From: Candidatus Marinacidobacterales bacterium
Lineage (GTDB): Bacteria; Acidobacteriota; Vicinamibacteria; Marinacidobacterales; DATDRI01
Assembly: GCA_965226495.1 (NCBI GenBank)
Contig: OZ245365.1
Coordinates: 4,704,001-4,768,000, forward strand
Reading direction: 5' to 3'
DNA length: 64,000 bases
Every line of letters begins with the position of its first letter. Position 1 is the first letter of the stretch. The notes below the pieces were generated by a model, which was given only the letters and a program-made list of their open reading frames with translations, had not been told where the DNA came from and ran no database searches. Below are positions 9,616-20,315 of the stretch, piece by piece. The translations under genes and the position numbers were made by a program.

Positions 9616-10922
9616 TCCGGACGGGACTGCAGGCCCACGCGGCCCGGCGACGAACGACGAAAGCGGGGTCGACGCGCGCGAGCAGTTGGCGGAATCACGC
9701 GATCGGCGGGTTCAGGCGGTTGAGAACGCAATTGTCGAGGGCTCCAGCCAAGCGACGCGCGGCGACGAAAACCGTCTTAGGCAGCCTCACGCCATTCGTA
9801 CCGGTGGTGAAGCCCACGCACCCGCGGCAGTGCAACGACCTTCGCCGTGGGTGACGGTCTCGGCGTGATTGCTCTTGCGCTCGGGGTGTCTTTGCTGAGC
9901 CCCAAGTGGCAGCGATCCTCGTGATAGTAGCTGATGTAAGAACGAACGAGTCGGACGAGATGGCGCTCGCCGAGGACGACGACGTGCTCAAGGAGCTCTC
10001 GACGGCAGCTGCCGATCCAGCGCTCGGCCGTCCCGTTCTGCCAAGGGCTGCGAAAAGAAATGCGAACAGGCTTCGTGCCCATCGCCTTGATGAACTCGAC
10101 CACGGCGAAGCTGAATATAGAGTCGCGGTCAAAGATCAGGTATCTCGGCGCGCTGTCGTAGGGAAACGCCTCGCGTAATTGCTGAATCACCCACGCCGCC
10201 GTCGGGTGGAACGTGGCGCGAAAGTGCAAGATATGGCGACGGCCGTGCTCGATGACGAACAAGCCGTACAGGAGCCGCAGCGACGCCGTCGGCACTGTGA
10301 ACAAATCCATCGCGGCGATTTCGTCCTTGTGGTTACGCAAGAAAGCGACCCAGCGCTTTATCTGATCGGGTTCGGCAGGCCGGCGCGGCAGGTAACGCGA
10401 CACCGTCATCTCCGAGACCAAGAATCCGAGCTTCGTGAGTTCCGCGTGGATACGCGGTGCACCCCAGCCGTCTTGCGCCATCATCCGGATGAGCCGACGA
10501 ATCTCGGCGTCGACGCGAGGCCGCCCCGGATGACGTCGCTGCGAGATCTTTGCCCAGTAACGTCGGAATCGATCCCGATTCCACCGCGCGACCGTGTCGG
10601 CGTTAACGATGAGTAAGCGGCTCGCCCACCCGGGCCACGATTTGCGAAGTGCCACCCAGAATGCTCGGTCCGTGTCCTCGAGCGGTGGCCGGGGGCGCTC
10701 CTTCTTGAGCGCCGTAACTTGCTGCCGCAAGGCAAGGTTTTCAATCACGAGATCGGCTCGGCGCCGACACATCGCCCGGATCGCACGGGCGCCGAGAGAG
10801 ACGAGGAAGATGAGAGCACGGAGCATAGCCGCGCAGTTTGGCGATCTTCCTCCGTAATCTCAAGCGGCGGAACGCGCAGTAAGTCTCTGATTTCACACGC
10901 GGACCGATTTTGATGAGGCACA
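9597..10922 (-). mobile_element. Insertion sequence, IS481/IS3-like
   Basis: Ends TGT...ACA with imperfect IRs (TGTCATTCATCATTAT vs TGTGCCTCATCAAAAT); truncates genes on both sides; no target duplication seen. Confidence 0.75.
9777..10826 (-). CDS. DDE transposase (integrase core domain)
   Basis: WGAPRIHAEL HTH, AMDLF, FDRDS, PWQNGTAERW. Confidence 0.9.
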   Translation of the reverse strand: MLRALIFLVSLGARAIRAMCRRRADLVIENLALRQQVTALKKERPRPPLEDTDRAFWVALRKSWPGWASRLLIVNADTVARWNRDRFRRYWAKISQRRHPGRPRVDAEIRRLIRMMAQDGWGAPRIHAELTKLGFLVSEMTVSRYLPRRPAEPDQIKRWVAFLRNHKDEIAAMDLFTVPTASLRLLYGLFVIEHGRRHILHFRATFHPTAAWVIQQLREAFPYDSAPRYLIFDRDSIFSFAVVEFIKAMGTKPVRISFRSPWQNGTAERWIGSCRRELLEHVVVLGERHLVRLVRSYISYYHEDRCHLGLSKDTPSARAITPRPSPTAKVVALPRVRGLHHRYEWREAA

Positions 10923-10923
10923 A

Positions 10924-12111
10924 CTCAACCTCCAGGCTCTCGGCGACCGCAACAACACCGAAGCCAATGGCTCGAGCATTCGCGGCGGCGCGGGGCTCCC
11001 CGACTCTCTCGACTCAGTGCTTCCGGCCAACCGTGTCGGCGTCTGGCTTCAGGACCAAGTGCTCCTCAACCCGTCATGGACTCTGGAGCCCGGTATTCGA
11101 TTCGACTGGAGTGAGGCGAACGGACGGGGAACGGTGTCGCCGCGTTTTACCGCACTCTACCGCATCAAACCGTCGACGCTGCTGAAGGGTGCTTTCGGCC
11201 TGTACACCCAGAGCCCGGGGTATGAGAAGTTGATCCAATCGGACTTCTTCATTGACCTCACCGACGCCAGCGCCCTCGACCTCGCGCACCAGCGATCGAC
11301 GCACTTTATCGCGGGGCTCGAGCGCGAGGTGACTGCGGGCGTGACCGCTCGCGTCGAGGGTTTTTACAAAATGTACGGCGACCTCATCGTCGGCCGGCTC
11401 GAAACCAATGAGGAACGGCTCCAGCGCGTCTCTCGGTACGACTTCCCCCCCGATCTCCGGGACAGCATTCCGACGGCGCCGATCATCACCAGCAATCCCT
11501 CGAACGGCGCGCGCGGAAACGCGTACGGTTTCGACTTCTATCTCTCAAAGACCGCGACCACTCGCGAGTCGCGGCTCGCCGGCTGGCTCTCCTACACGTG
11601 GACTCGTGCCGAACGCGACGCGTATTCGCGCCTGTATCCATTCGACTACGACCGCCGTCACTCGCTGAACCTTGTCGCAAGTTACCAATTGAGCCGCAAG
11701 TGGACGCTGGCGTTGACCGGTCGTGTAGCGTCCGGGTTCCCCTACACGCCGCCTCTAGGTGTGCGGGTGGCCGCGATCGAGGATCCGGACGATCCTGAAC
11801 GGTTGATCCCAGAAACCGATATCAATGGTTTGCTCGTTTACGAAGCGGACCTCGGTGATACGCAAAACCTCAATACGGGGCGGCTTCCGTTCTACGCGCG
11901 CTTCGACGTGCGAGCGAGTTGGCGGCCCGGAGGCGACACCGGCAACTTCGAGCTCTTCTTCGAAGTGATCAACATGCTGAACCGCGATAACGCGGTGTCC
12001 CTCGAACCACGACTCGAGTTCGATCCGACCTCGGACGTTCCCAGCATCAACGAAACCCCTTCGGAGGGCTTTCCGCTTCTGCCGTCGTTCGGCATCCGCT
12101 GGCGATTCTAG
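10924..12111 (+). pseudogene. C-terminal fragment of TonB-dependent receptor
   Basis: LEPGIRFD, VSPRF, GWLSYTW, DRRHSLN, terminal GIRWRF; frame open back to the IS end; plug domain and signal peptide missing. Confidence 0.8.
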
Positions 12112-12117
12112 ACGCCG

Positions 12118-13824
12118 TCACGCCGATAGCTCGTGGCCGGTTCCGGCTCTGCGCGGAATCCGAATGTCTTCGACGAGCTGCTGCACCTCAGGAGGGGGAG
12201 GGGGAGTGAAGCGAGCCACGCTTCCTGCGACCACGAAGTTGATGACCATTCCAAGGGTTCCAATCCCTTCCGGCGACACACCGAACCACCAGTGGTCCAC
12301 GTTGTTGAGCTCGGGGTAGAGGAACTTGAAGTAAATGATATAGCCAAGCGTGAAACCGATCCCGGCAATCATGCCGGACACCGCCCCATAATGGTTCATG
12401 CGCTTCGTGAAGATGCCGAGCAGAATAGCCGGAAAGAACGACGCGGCAGCCAACCCAAAGGCAAGAGCAACCACCTGGGCCACAAAGCCGGGCGGGTTGA
12501 TGCCGAAGTAACCGGCGACGACCACCGCGAGTCCGGCGGCGATGCGGGCCGCACGGAGCTCACCTTTCTCGGTGATCGAAGGGCGAATGCATTTTTTCAG
12601 CAGGTCGTGGGCGACCGAGCTCGAGATCACGAGCAACAGCCCCGCTGCCGTCGAAAGCGCGGCGGCGAGCCCCCCCGCCGCCACCAGACCCACGACCCAG
12701 TTCGGTAGCTGGGCAATTTCGGGATTGGCGAGCACCATGATGTCTCGGTCGATCACCAGCTCGTTAGGAACGGACGATTGAGGCCCGGTGTATTGAATGA
12801 GACCATCGCCGTTTTTGTCCTCGAAGCGAATGAGGCCGGTCGCTTCCCAGTTGCGAAACCATTCGGGCGCATCGGCATAAGGTTGATTCGACAGAGTGGT
12901 CAGTAGGTTGGTGCGGGCGAACGCCGCCACCGCTGGCGCCGTAGTGTAGAGAAACGCAATAAACAGGAGCGCCCATCCAGCCGAGCTGCGGGCTTGCCGG
13001 ACCAGGGGCACGGTGTAAAAGCGTACGATCACGTGAGGCAATCCCGCGGTGCCCACCATGAGCGCGGCGGTGATGAAGAAAACGTCGAGTGTCTCCTTCC
13101 GTCCCGCGGTATAGACTCCGAAACCCAACTCCTGGGTGAGACCGTCGAGTCTGTCGAGCAGGAAAACACCGGAGCCGTCCGCCATTGTCGAGCCGAAACC
13201 AAGCTGAGGGATGACGGTGCCGGTCATCAAAATGGAAATAAAGATGGCCGGGACCAGGTAGGCGAAGATGAGTACGCAATACTGAGCGACCTGGGTATAG
13301 GTGATTCCTTTCATCCCGCCCAACACTGCGTACGAGAACACGATCATCATCCCGATCAAGACACCGATGTTTATGTCCACTCCGAGGAAACGAGAGAAAA
13401 CGATCCCAACGCCCCGCATCTGGCCGGCCACGTAAGTAAAGGAGATGAACAGAGCGCAGACGACCGCGACGACCCTAGCCGTTTGCGAGTAGTAACGATC
13501 TCCAACGAAGTCGGGCACGGTGTACTTACCGAACTTCCTTAGGTAGGGGGCGAGCAAAAGCGCTAATAGAACGTAGCCGCCGGTCCATCCCATGAGGTAC
13601 ACCGAACCGTCACGGCCCATGAACGCAATGAGACCCGCCATGGAGATGAATGAGGCGGCGCTCATCCAGTCAGCGGCGGTGGCCATTCCATTGAGAACCG
13701 GGGGCACTTGGGCCGCGGCCACGTAGAACTCGCCCGTCGAACGGGCACGCGACCAGATGGCGACGCCGATGTAGATGGCGAACGACAGGGCCACCAAGAC
13801 AAACGTCCACGCCTGGACGGTCAT
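12118..13824 (-). CDS. Cation/acetate symporter ActP-like SSS permease
   Basis: NGMATAADWMSAASF, GTAGLPHVIVRFYTV. Confidence 0.9.
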   Translation of the reverse strand: MTVQAWTFVLVALSFAIYIGVAIWSRARSTGEFYVAAAQVPPVLNGMATAADWMSAASFISMAGLIAFMGRDGSVYLMGWTGGYVLLALLLAPYLRKFGKYTVPDFVGDRYYSQTARVVAVVCALFISFTYVAGQMRGVGIVFSRFLGVDINIGVLIGMMIVFSYAVLGGMKGITYTQVAQYCVLIFAYLVPAIFISILMTGTVIPQLGFGSTMADGSGVFLLDRLDGLTQELGFGVYTAGRKETLDVFFITAALMVGTAGLPHVIVRFYTVPLVRQARSSAGWALLFIAFLYTTAPAVAAFARTNLLTTLSNQPYADAPEWFRNWEATGLIRFEDKNGDGLIQYTGPQSSVPNELVIDRDIMVLANPEIAQLPNWVVGLVAAGGLAAALSTAAGLLLVISSSVAHDLLKKCIRPSITEKGELRAARIAAGLAVVVAGYFGINPPGFVAQVVALAFGLAAASFFPAILLGIFTKRMNHYGAVSGMIAGIGFTLGYIIYFKFLYPELNNVDHWWFGVSPEGIGTLGMVINFVVAGSVARFTPPPPPEVQQLVEDIRIPRRAGTGHELSA

Positions 13825-14090
13825 CGGTCTTCCCTTTCATGCATGTTGAACTTGTGATCCAGGCGGTTCATGAGCCGGACGTAAACGAAGATGAGAACCA
13901 CGAAGACGTAAATCGATCCCTGTTGGGCAAACCAAAAACCCAACTGGAATCCCCCGACCCGGATTCGATTGAGCGGCTCGACGAGAAGGATCCCGAACCC
14001 GTAGGACACCGTAAACCAGATCGCCAACAACACGAACACGTAACGGAGGTTGCTTCGCCAGTACTTGGTTTTGTCGCTCAGCTCGGTCAT
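13821..14090 (-). CDS. DUF4212 small membrane partner of ActP-like symporter
   Basis: YWRSNL, GFWFAQQGSIYVF; ATGA overlap. Confidence 0.88.
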   Translation of the reverse strand: MTELSDKTKYWRSNLRYVFVLLAIWFTVSYGFGILLVEPLNRIRVGGFQLGFWFAQQGSIYVFVVLIFVYVRLMNRLDHKFNMHEREDR

Positions 14091-14343
14091 CTTTTCCTCG
14101 TTAGCCCTCAACTTCCTTTCAATCCGGAACGCGGCCATAAAAACTTACTCGCGCCCCAAGCGCGTCGAAACATAGCAGATCCTCGCAATCGTGTCGCCCC
14201 CTCCGACCCGAAGTGTTCGCCTTGCCCGGAAAGAGTGGGAGTGGAGATGCGGACACATCATCTCTTGATATCAAATATATATGATGTATTATCTCTATTA
14301 TATGACTATCAGAGATGAACCGTTCACATCCATCTCGCTACTG

Positions 14344-14673
14344 GCCTTAGTCGGCGTGCGTCGAACGGGCCAAGAGGGAGCGCCCGCCGCCGCGAGGGAT
14401 GCGTTGCTTCATCTGGAGAGCCGATCGGACGCGATCCTCGTCCACTTCGACGTCGACGTGATGGACTTCCCCGCCGCCGACGTGCCACACGCTAACGGGC
14501 TCGACCTCGAATCGACATTTGCAGCGCTCCGGGTCTTCGTCACAGCTCCGACGTGCCTTGGCGTCGTGGTGACGGAGTTCAACCCGGAGCAGGATCCGGA
14601 CGGCTCCCATGCCGAGCGCCTGGTCGACAGCCTTGTAGAAGCCCTCGGCGCACGAAAGGAACAAGCGGCATGA
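14344..14673 (+). pseudogene. Arginase/ureohydrolase C-terminal fragment
   Basis: VHFDVDV, VTEFNPEQD; N-terminal two thirds absent; 5' boundary approximate. Confidence 0.7.
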
Positions 14674-15164
14674 AGACCGCCGCCGTGCCGTCGCTGGACC
14701 CGGTCGACCTGCAGATCCTGGCTGTGCTCCAGAAGAACGCCCGGACCCCGAACGCAGAGATCGGCCGGCGCGTTGGGCTCGTCGCCTCGGCCATCTTCCA
14801 GCGCCTGCGCAAGTTGGAGAAACTGGGTGTCATCCAGGGACACGAAACTCGGATCGACCCGCGTGCGGTCGGCCTGGACCTGGCCGCTTTCATCTTCGTG
14901 AAGGCGGACGAGCGGGTCGGGAGTCTCGAAACGGCTCTCCTCCTCGCCAAGCTGCCCGAGGTGCAGGAGCTGCACCATGTCGCCGGCGAAGATTGCTACC
15001 TTGTTAAGGTCCGGGTGGCGGACGCGGCGGAGCTAGGGCGACTCCTTCGGGAAAAAGTCGGCGTCATCGGGTCGGTGCAGTCGACTCGGACTACGATCGT
15101 GCTCGAGACGATCAAGGAAACCGGCACCCTGCCACTCCGCCCGGCAGAACCGCAAGAAGCTTAG
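14670..15164 (+). CDS. Lrp/AsnC transcriptional regulator
   Basis: LDPVDLQILAVLQKNAR HTH, VAGEDCYLVKV. Confidence 0.9.
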   Translation: MKTAAVPSLDPVDLQILAVLQKNARTPNAEIGRRVGLVASAIFQRLRKLEKLGVIQGHETRIDPRAVGLDLAAFIFVKADERVGSLETALLLAKLPEVQELHHVAGEDCYLVKVRVADAAELGRLLREKVGVIGSVQSTRTTIVLETIKETGTLPLRPAEPQEA

Positions 15165-15179
15165 GAGCTAGGAGGCGGC

Positions 15180-15806
15180 GTGGACTGGACGGTGTGGACG
15201 ATGTTCGCCCTCACGGAAGTGACCTTGTCCGCGACTCCCGGTGTCGCGGTCATGTTCGTTGACTCGCAAGGGCTGCGCTCTCGATCGACCGACCCGCTTT
15301 GGGCAGCGGCGGGCATCCTCGCGGCCAACGCTCTGTATTTCGCGGCCTCGGGAACAGGGGTCGGAACGTTGTTGTTCGCCTCCAGCCCCCTCTTCACGGG
15401 CATCAAGTGGGCCGGTGCCGCGTACCTGCTTTACCTAGGAGCGGGGACTCTGCTTCGAACACCGCCGAAAACGGGAGGCGCAGGGACCGGCGGCGACGTC
15501 AACCTCGGACGCCGGGCCCTTTTCCTCAGGGGCTTCGTCGTGCAGCTCTCGAATCCCAAGGCGCTGCTTTTCTTCGTGGCCATCTTGCCCCAATTCATCG
15601 ATCGGAGCCGGCCGATCGTCTTTCAGATCCTCGTCCTCGGAGTCACCTCGATCGTGCTGGAGTTCGGTGTGCTCGCCGCTTACGCCACCGCCGCATGCCG
15701 AACCGGGCGGATCGCGATGCAGCCACGCTTCGCGACGTTAACAAGGCGGCTCAGTGGCGCCCTGCTCGTGGGTGCGGCCCTCGGCTTGGCGCGCCTCGAG
15801 CGCTAG
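15180..15806 (+). CDS. LysE/RhtB amino-acid exporter
   Basis: KWAGAAYLLYLG, SNPKALLFF, GGAGG SD. Confidence 0.88.
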   Translation: MDWTVWTMFALTEVTLSATPGVAVMFVDSQGLRSRSTDPLWAAAGILAANALYFAASGTGVGTLLFASSPLFTGIKWAGAAYLLYLGAGTLLRTPPKTGGAGTGGDVNLGRRALFLRGFVVQLSNPKALLFFVAILPQFIDRSRPIVFQILVLGVTSIVLEFGVLAAYATAACRTGRIAMQPRFATLTRRLSGALLVGAALGLARLER

Positions 15807-15842
15807 GTGGGAGTCCAAGACAAAGGTCGCGACAGCTCCGAT

Positions 15843-16165
15843 CTACCAGCGGCTCATGGAGCCAAGCTCATGGACATCCCCGATGCCGGCTCGCCGTAGG
15901 ATCTCGGCCGCCTTGTGACACCGCGCTCCCGCACTGCAGCAAATCACCAGCGGGTGGTCGATCTGTCGTAGCTCCTCTGTCGTTTGTTCCACTTCATCCA
16001 CCGGGACGTTGAGAGGGCAGCGGGCAGATGGTCGCCAGCAAACTCTTGGGGCGAGCGAAGTCCTCGCTTATTCCGTAGATGTTCAACTCACGGGTGGAAG
16101 CGCCACGTTAAGAAGATCGCGACCGCCACGGCGAGGAGAATGACTTTGCGCCGCAAACGAAGATG
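15843..16165 (-). pseudogene. Rhodanese (PspE-like) pseudogene
   Basis: Manual translation: RSPQEFAGDHLPAAL, frameshift near 16012, then LNVPVDEV...VICCSAGARCHKAAEILRRAG...LGSMSRW*; extra upstream TGA. Confidence 0.7.
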
Positions 16166-16397
16166 CCTTTCACGCGGACCCGCCCCATCGTAAGGAAAAA
16201 AGCAGTTCGAGTAAAGTTAACGGGTGACGGACCAGCAACTCGGCCCGGAACGAGTTGTGCCCACCCAGAAGGCTGCGCAGTCTGCTATCCTGAAGGCCTC
16301 CCCAGTCCAATTGAAATAGTAGTCCCGCCGTAACGAAGACGGCCGGCGAGGAAACGCAGCGCGTCCATTGACATACCACGCGCCAGGAGGTTCTTAG

Positions 16398-16617
16398 ATG
16401 GACGAAAAGAACAAGATCGGGTTCACCGTCGGGTTTTTCATCCTCATCGCCATAGGGCTCTATGCCGTTTTGGATCACGGCCACCGAGGGCTATACCGCC
16501 TTCGGGGCACGAAGTGGCCTCAAGCAACTCGTCGCCGACTACTGGGGCCGCAATTTGGGGATAGGCATGATGGTTCTCGGGGCACTGGCGTTGGTCGGCC
16601 TGCACACCGCCGAGTGA
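16398..16617 (+). pseudogene. Small two-TM membrane protein, apparent +1 frameshift
   Basis: GGAGG SD; removing one T at 16468-16471 joins TM1 to ...YWGRNLGIGMMVLGALALVGLHTAE*. Confidence 0.45.
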
Positions 16618-16679
16618 CAGATTAGTAGTTGCTGACCCGCAGAATCCGGTCCCTGGCTCGACTCAGCGAGCAAGACCCG

Positions 16680-16708
16680 TTGACGCGGCTCTTCCCCCTC
16701 GCTAGAAT
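16680..16708 (+). promoter_or_regulatory. Sigma70 promoter upstream of tRNA-Leu(TAG)/tig
   Basis: TTGACG-17 nt-TAGAAT. Confidence 0.7.
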
Positions 16709-16791
16709 GGCTCTTCTGTTCAATGATTTACTTAAGACTGGCCCTTTCGGGAGGTAACCGAGCTACCAGCGATAGCGCTGACTCGTCACAC

Positions 16792-16875
16792 GCGAAAGTG
16801 GCGGAACGGCAGACGCGCTGGACTTAGGATCCAGTGGGGCAACCCGTGGGGGTTCGAATCCCCCCTTTCGCACCA
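16792..16875 (+). tRNA. tRNA-Leu(TAG)
   Basis: GCGAAAG/CTTTCGC acceptor stem, CTGGA-CTTAGGA-TCCAG anticodon arm, T loop, CCA. Confidence 0.95.
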
Positions 16876-17025
16876 CCGCCTGGCGAGGTTTGGTCGAAGC
16901 AACGCGACGGTTTGGCGGTCGCTAATAAAGTCCCGGGCCAGCCCCGGGAGGCGCCTGGCCAGCTGGTTACTGGTACCGCGGTGGTTTGGCGCCGACTAAC
17001 ATAGAACCCGAAGGAGTTTCGTTCC

Positions 17026-18306
17026 TTGAAAGTCGAATGTACTGAAGAGAGTCTGTCCCGCCGTCGATTGGACGTCGAGGTTCCCGCGGAGACGCTCTCC
17101 GAAGCCTTCGAACAGAAGGTGACTCGGTTCAGCCGTACCTTGAAGCTGCCAGGCTTCCGAAAAGGCAAGATTCCAAAGAACCTGGTGAAGACCCGCTTCC
17201 ACTCCGAGATCCTCAATCAAGTTCTTCAAGATCTGCTCCCGAATGTGCTGAACCAAGCCTTGAACCAGCATGCGCTGAACCCAGTAGGCGACCCGAAGAT
17301 CGAAGACTTGAAGGCGGAGTTGGGCGAGCCGCTTCGATTCAAGGCGACCGTCGAGGTCATGCCCGAGATCGAAGTCAAGAAGTTCAAGGGCCTCAAAGTC
17401 ACCGCCAAGAGTGCCGATGTAGCAGATAAAGAGATCGAAGAACGTCTAGACTCCTTGCGCGAGCGCGCGGCGCGATTCGATCCGGTCGAAGGACGAAGCG
17501 CCAAGGATGGAGACTTCGTTACCGGAACACTCCACGAAACTGCAGCCGACGGAAAGGGACCGACCAACAAACAGGAAGGCGTCACGATAGAGGTCGGATC
17601 CGATATCTACCTCCCGGCACTTCACGAGAAGCTTCAAGGTGCCAAGTCGGGCGACTCGATCTCTTTCGAGGCCGACTTTCCCAAGGAGCATGCGGACCCC
17701 GTTCGCGCCGGTAAGAAGCTAGCCGTCCGGTTCGATCAGATCGAGGTCAAGGAGAAGATCGTTCCAGACCTAGACGATGAGTTCGCGAAAGACCTAGGTG
17801 ACTTCGAGGACCTCAAGGAGCTCCGAGATCAGGTTCAGAAACAGGCCGAAGAGGAAGCAAAGCATCATGCCGAGCAAGATCTCCGCAACCAGCTCCTCGA
17901 GAAGGTGATCGAGGCGAACCCCGTCGAGCCACCACAGGCCCTGATCGAGCACGAGCTCGACCAACGGGTGGAGGATATGGCTCGCAGCCTCATCGACCGG
18001 GGGATCGATCCCTCTCAAGCAAACGTGGATTGGCGCGGTCTGCGTGAAGGACAGACGGAGGCGGTCACTCGAAGCGTCGGTGCTACGATCCTGCTCGACC
18101 GGATCGTCACTCAAGAAGGGTTGCAAGAGACCGAGGAAGCGGTGAACCAGGAGATCGAACGGGGGGCGGCCGCGGTCAAAAAGAGTCCTGAGGCGGTGCG
18201 CGCCCAACTGATGAAAGACGGAGGCCTAGAACGCCTTAAACAACGCTTGCGGAGGGAGTTGGCGGTTGACTTACTTCGCGAAAATGCTAGAATCAAAGGG
18301 GGTTAA
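17026..18306 (+). CDS. tig: Trigger factor
   Basis: PGFRKGKIP signature; precedes clpP-clpX. Confidence 0.93.
   Translation: MKVECTEESLSRRRLDVEVPAETLSEAFEQKVTRFSRTLKLPGFRKGKIPKNLVKTRFHSEILNQVLQDLLPNVLNQALNQHALNPVGDPKIEDLKAELGEPLRFKATVEVMPEIEVKKFKGLKVTAKSADVADKEIEERLDSLRERAARFDPVEGRSAKDGDFVTGTLHETAADGKGPTNKQEGVTIEVGSDIYLPALHEKLQGAKSGDSISFEADFPKEHADPVRAGKKLAVRFDQIEVKEKIVPDLDDEFAKDLGDFEDLKELRDQVQKQAEEEAKHHAEQDLRNQLLEKVIEANPVEPPQALIEHELDQRVEDMARSLIDRGIDPSQANVDWRGLREGQTEAVTRSVGATILLDRIVTQEGLQETEEAVNQEIERGAAAVKKSPEAVRAQLMKDGGLERLKQRLRRELAVDLLRENARIKGG
18266..18293 (+). promoter_or_regulatory. Putative internal promoter for clpP within the tig 3' end
   Basis: TTGACT-16 nt-TAGAAT with TG extension. 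Confidence 0.5.
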
Positions 18307-18311
18307 AGTCT

Positions 18312-18893
18312 ATGTTGGTCCCGATGGTGGTCGAGCAGACCAACCGAGGCGAGCGTGCCTACGACATCTATTCGCGCTTACTCAAAGACAACATCATCTT
18401 CATTGGCACTCCTATTGAGGACAATCTCGCCAACCTGGTGGTCGCCCAACTCCTCTTCCTCGAGGCCGAGGATCCGGAGAAGGAAATCTCGATCTACATC
18501 AATAGTCCGGGGGGATCGGTGACGGCGGGTCTAGCCATCTACGACACGATCCAATTCATTCGCCCGGACGTGACTACCTACTGTCTCGGCCAGGCGGCCA
18601 GCATGGCCGCGGTGCTGCTTGCGGCCGGCACGCCGGGCAAACGTTTCGCGCTTCCTAATGCTCGAGTCATCATCCACCAACCGTCGGGCGGCTTTTCTGG
18701 GCAAGCCACCGACATCAATATTCAGGCGAAAGAGATCTTACGGACTCGGCAGCGGCTCAACGAAATCCTCTCGATGCACACCGGCCAAAGCCTTTCCAAA
18801 ATCGAGCAAGACGTCGAACGTGACTTCATCTTGACCGCCGAGTCGGCCAAGGAATACGGAATCATCGACCAAGTCATTTCGAGGCGGGTCTAA
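18312..18893 (+). CDS. clpP: Clp protease proteolytic subunit
   Basis: [25 protein letters not shown]. Confidence 0.97.
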   Translation: MLVPMVVEQTNRGERAYDIYSRLLKDNIIFIGTPIEDNLANLVVAQLLFLEAEDPEKEISIYINSPGGSVTAGLAIYDTIQFIRPDVTTYCLGQAASMAAVLLAAGTPGKRFALPNARVIIHQPSGGFSGQATDINIQAKEILRTRQRLNEILSMHTGQSLSKIEQDVERDFILTAESAKEYGIIDQVISRRV

Positions 18894-18914
18894 ACTTCCA
18901 TAACCGGGGGGAGC

Positions 18915-20156
18915 GTGTCCAAGAAAAACGGCGATCCTGAGGTCCTACGCTGTTCGTTCTGCAACAAAGACCAGAGCGACGTGCGTAAGCTAATCGCGGG
19001 GCCTACTGTCTTCATCTGCGACGAGTGCGTCGAGGTCTGCAACGACATCATCGCCGACGATAATCGGTTCGAGACGCGCTCACAGCGGTCCACCCTTCCC
19101 ATCCCGATGGAGATCAAGGAGTTCCTGGAAGAGTTCGTCATCGGTCAAGAGCAAGCCAAGAAGAAACTAGCGGTCGCCGTCTACAACCACTACAAGCGGG
19201 TTCAGATAATGAAGTCCAAGACCCGCCAGGACGTCGAGCTCACCAAGAGCAACATCCTGCTCGTCGGTGCCACCGGAACCGGCAAGACGCTCATGGCTCA
19301 AACGCTGGCCAAGTTGCTATCGGTTCCTTTCTCGATCGTCGACGCCACGACTCTCACCGAAGCGGGCTACGTCGGCGAGGACGTAGAGAACATCATCTTA
19401 AAGCTCTTGCAGGCGGCGGGTGGCGACATCGAGAAGTGCCAGGAAGGCATCATCTATATAGACGAGATCGACAAGATTTGCCGCAAGGACGAAAACCCCT
19501 CCATCACCAGGGACGTTTCGGGTGAAGGGGTGCAACAAGCGTTGCTCAAGATCCTCGAGGGGACGGTAGCCAACGTGCCGCCGCAGGGAGGCCGCAAGCA
19601 TCCCCACCAGGAGTTCTACCAGATCGACACCACCAACATTTTGTTCATCTGTGGTGGGGCGTTCGTGGGGCTGGACAAAGTGATCGAGCGCCGGATCGGA
19701 AAGAAGTCCCTCGGTTTCCGGGCCGACCTCGGTAGCCAGAAGGAACGCGCGGATGACATCATGACCCTCGTTCAGCCCACGGACTTGATCAAGTACGGGC
19801 TCATACCCGAGTTCGTGGGAAGACTACCGGTCATTGGTACACTGCACGAGTTGGACCGGGCGGCTTTGATTCGGATCATGACCGAGCCGCGCAATGCCAT
19901 TGTTAAGCAGTATCAGCGACTCTTCGAGTACGAGAACGTGAAGTTGAGATTCACTGATGATGCTTTAGAGGCAATTGCCGACTTGGCCTGCGAACGCAAG
20001 ATCGGGGCTCGCGGCCTACGTATGATTATCGAAGACCTCATGCTCGACCTTATGTACCATCTACCCTCGCAAAAGAAGGTCCGAGAATGCGTCGTCACCA
20101 AGGAGGTCGTCGAGAACCGTGAGAAACCAGTAACGCTGATCGAGAAGGCAGGCTAG
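18915..20156 (+). CDS. clpX: Clp ATPase ClpX
   Basis: CSFC zinc finger, [20 protein letters not shown]. Confidence 0.97.
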   Translation: MSKKNGDPEVLRCSFCNKDQSDVRKLIAGPTVFICDECVEVCNDIIADDNRFETRSQRSTLPIPMEIKEFLEEFVIGQEQAKKKLAVAVYNHYKRVQIMKSKTRQDVELTKSNILLVGATGTGKTLMAQTLAKLLSVPFSIVDATTLTEAGYVGEDVENIILKLLQAAGGDIEKCQEGIIYIDEIDKICRKDENPSITRDVSGEGVQQALLKILEGTVANVPPQGGRKHPHQEFYQIDTTNILFICGGAFVGLDKVIERRIGKKSLGFRADLGSQKERADDIMTLVQPTDLIKYGLIPEFVGRLPVIGTLHELDRAALIRIMTEPRNAIVKQYQRLFEYENVKLRFTDDALEAIADLACERKIGARGLRMIIEDLMLDLMYHLPSQKKVRECVVTKEVVENREKPVTLIEKAG

Positions 20157-20315
20157 CTCACTTTTCCCGAGGGTTCCGCACCACCCGCGGGGTCGTTTTC
20201 CCAAAAATTCAAACTTCGAACGGGTCCTGGACCGTAGAATGCGCCGTTGAATGAACGGTTCTGGCCGAAGCCGAGCGAACGGACAGTCAATTGGCGGAAG
20301 GACGAAGCGATAACG

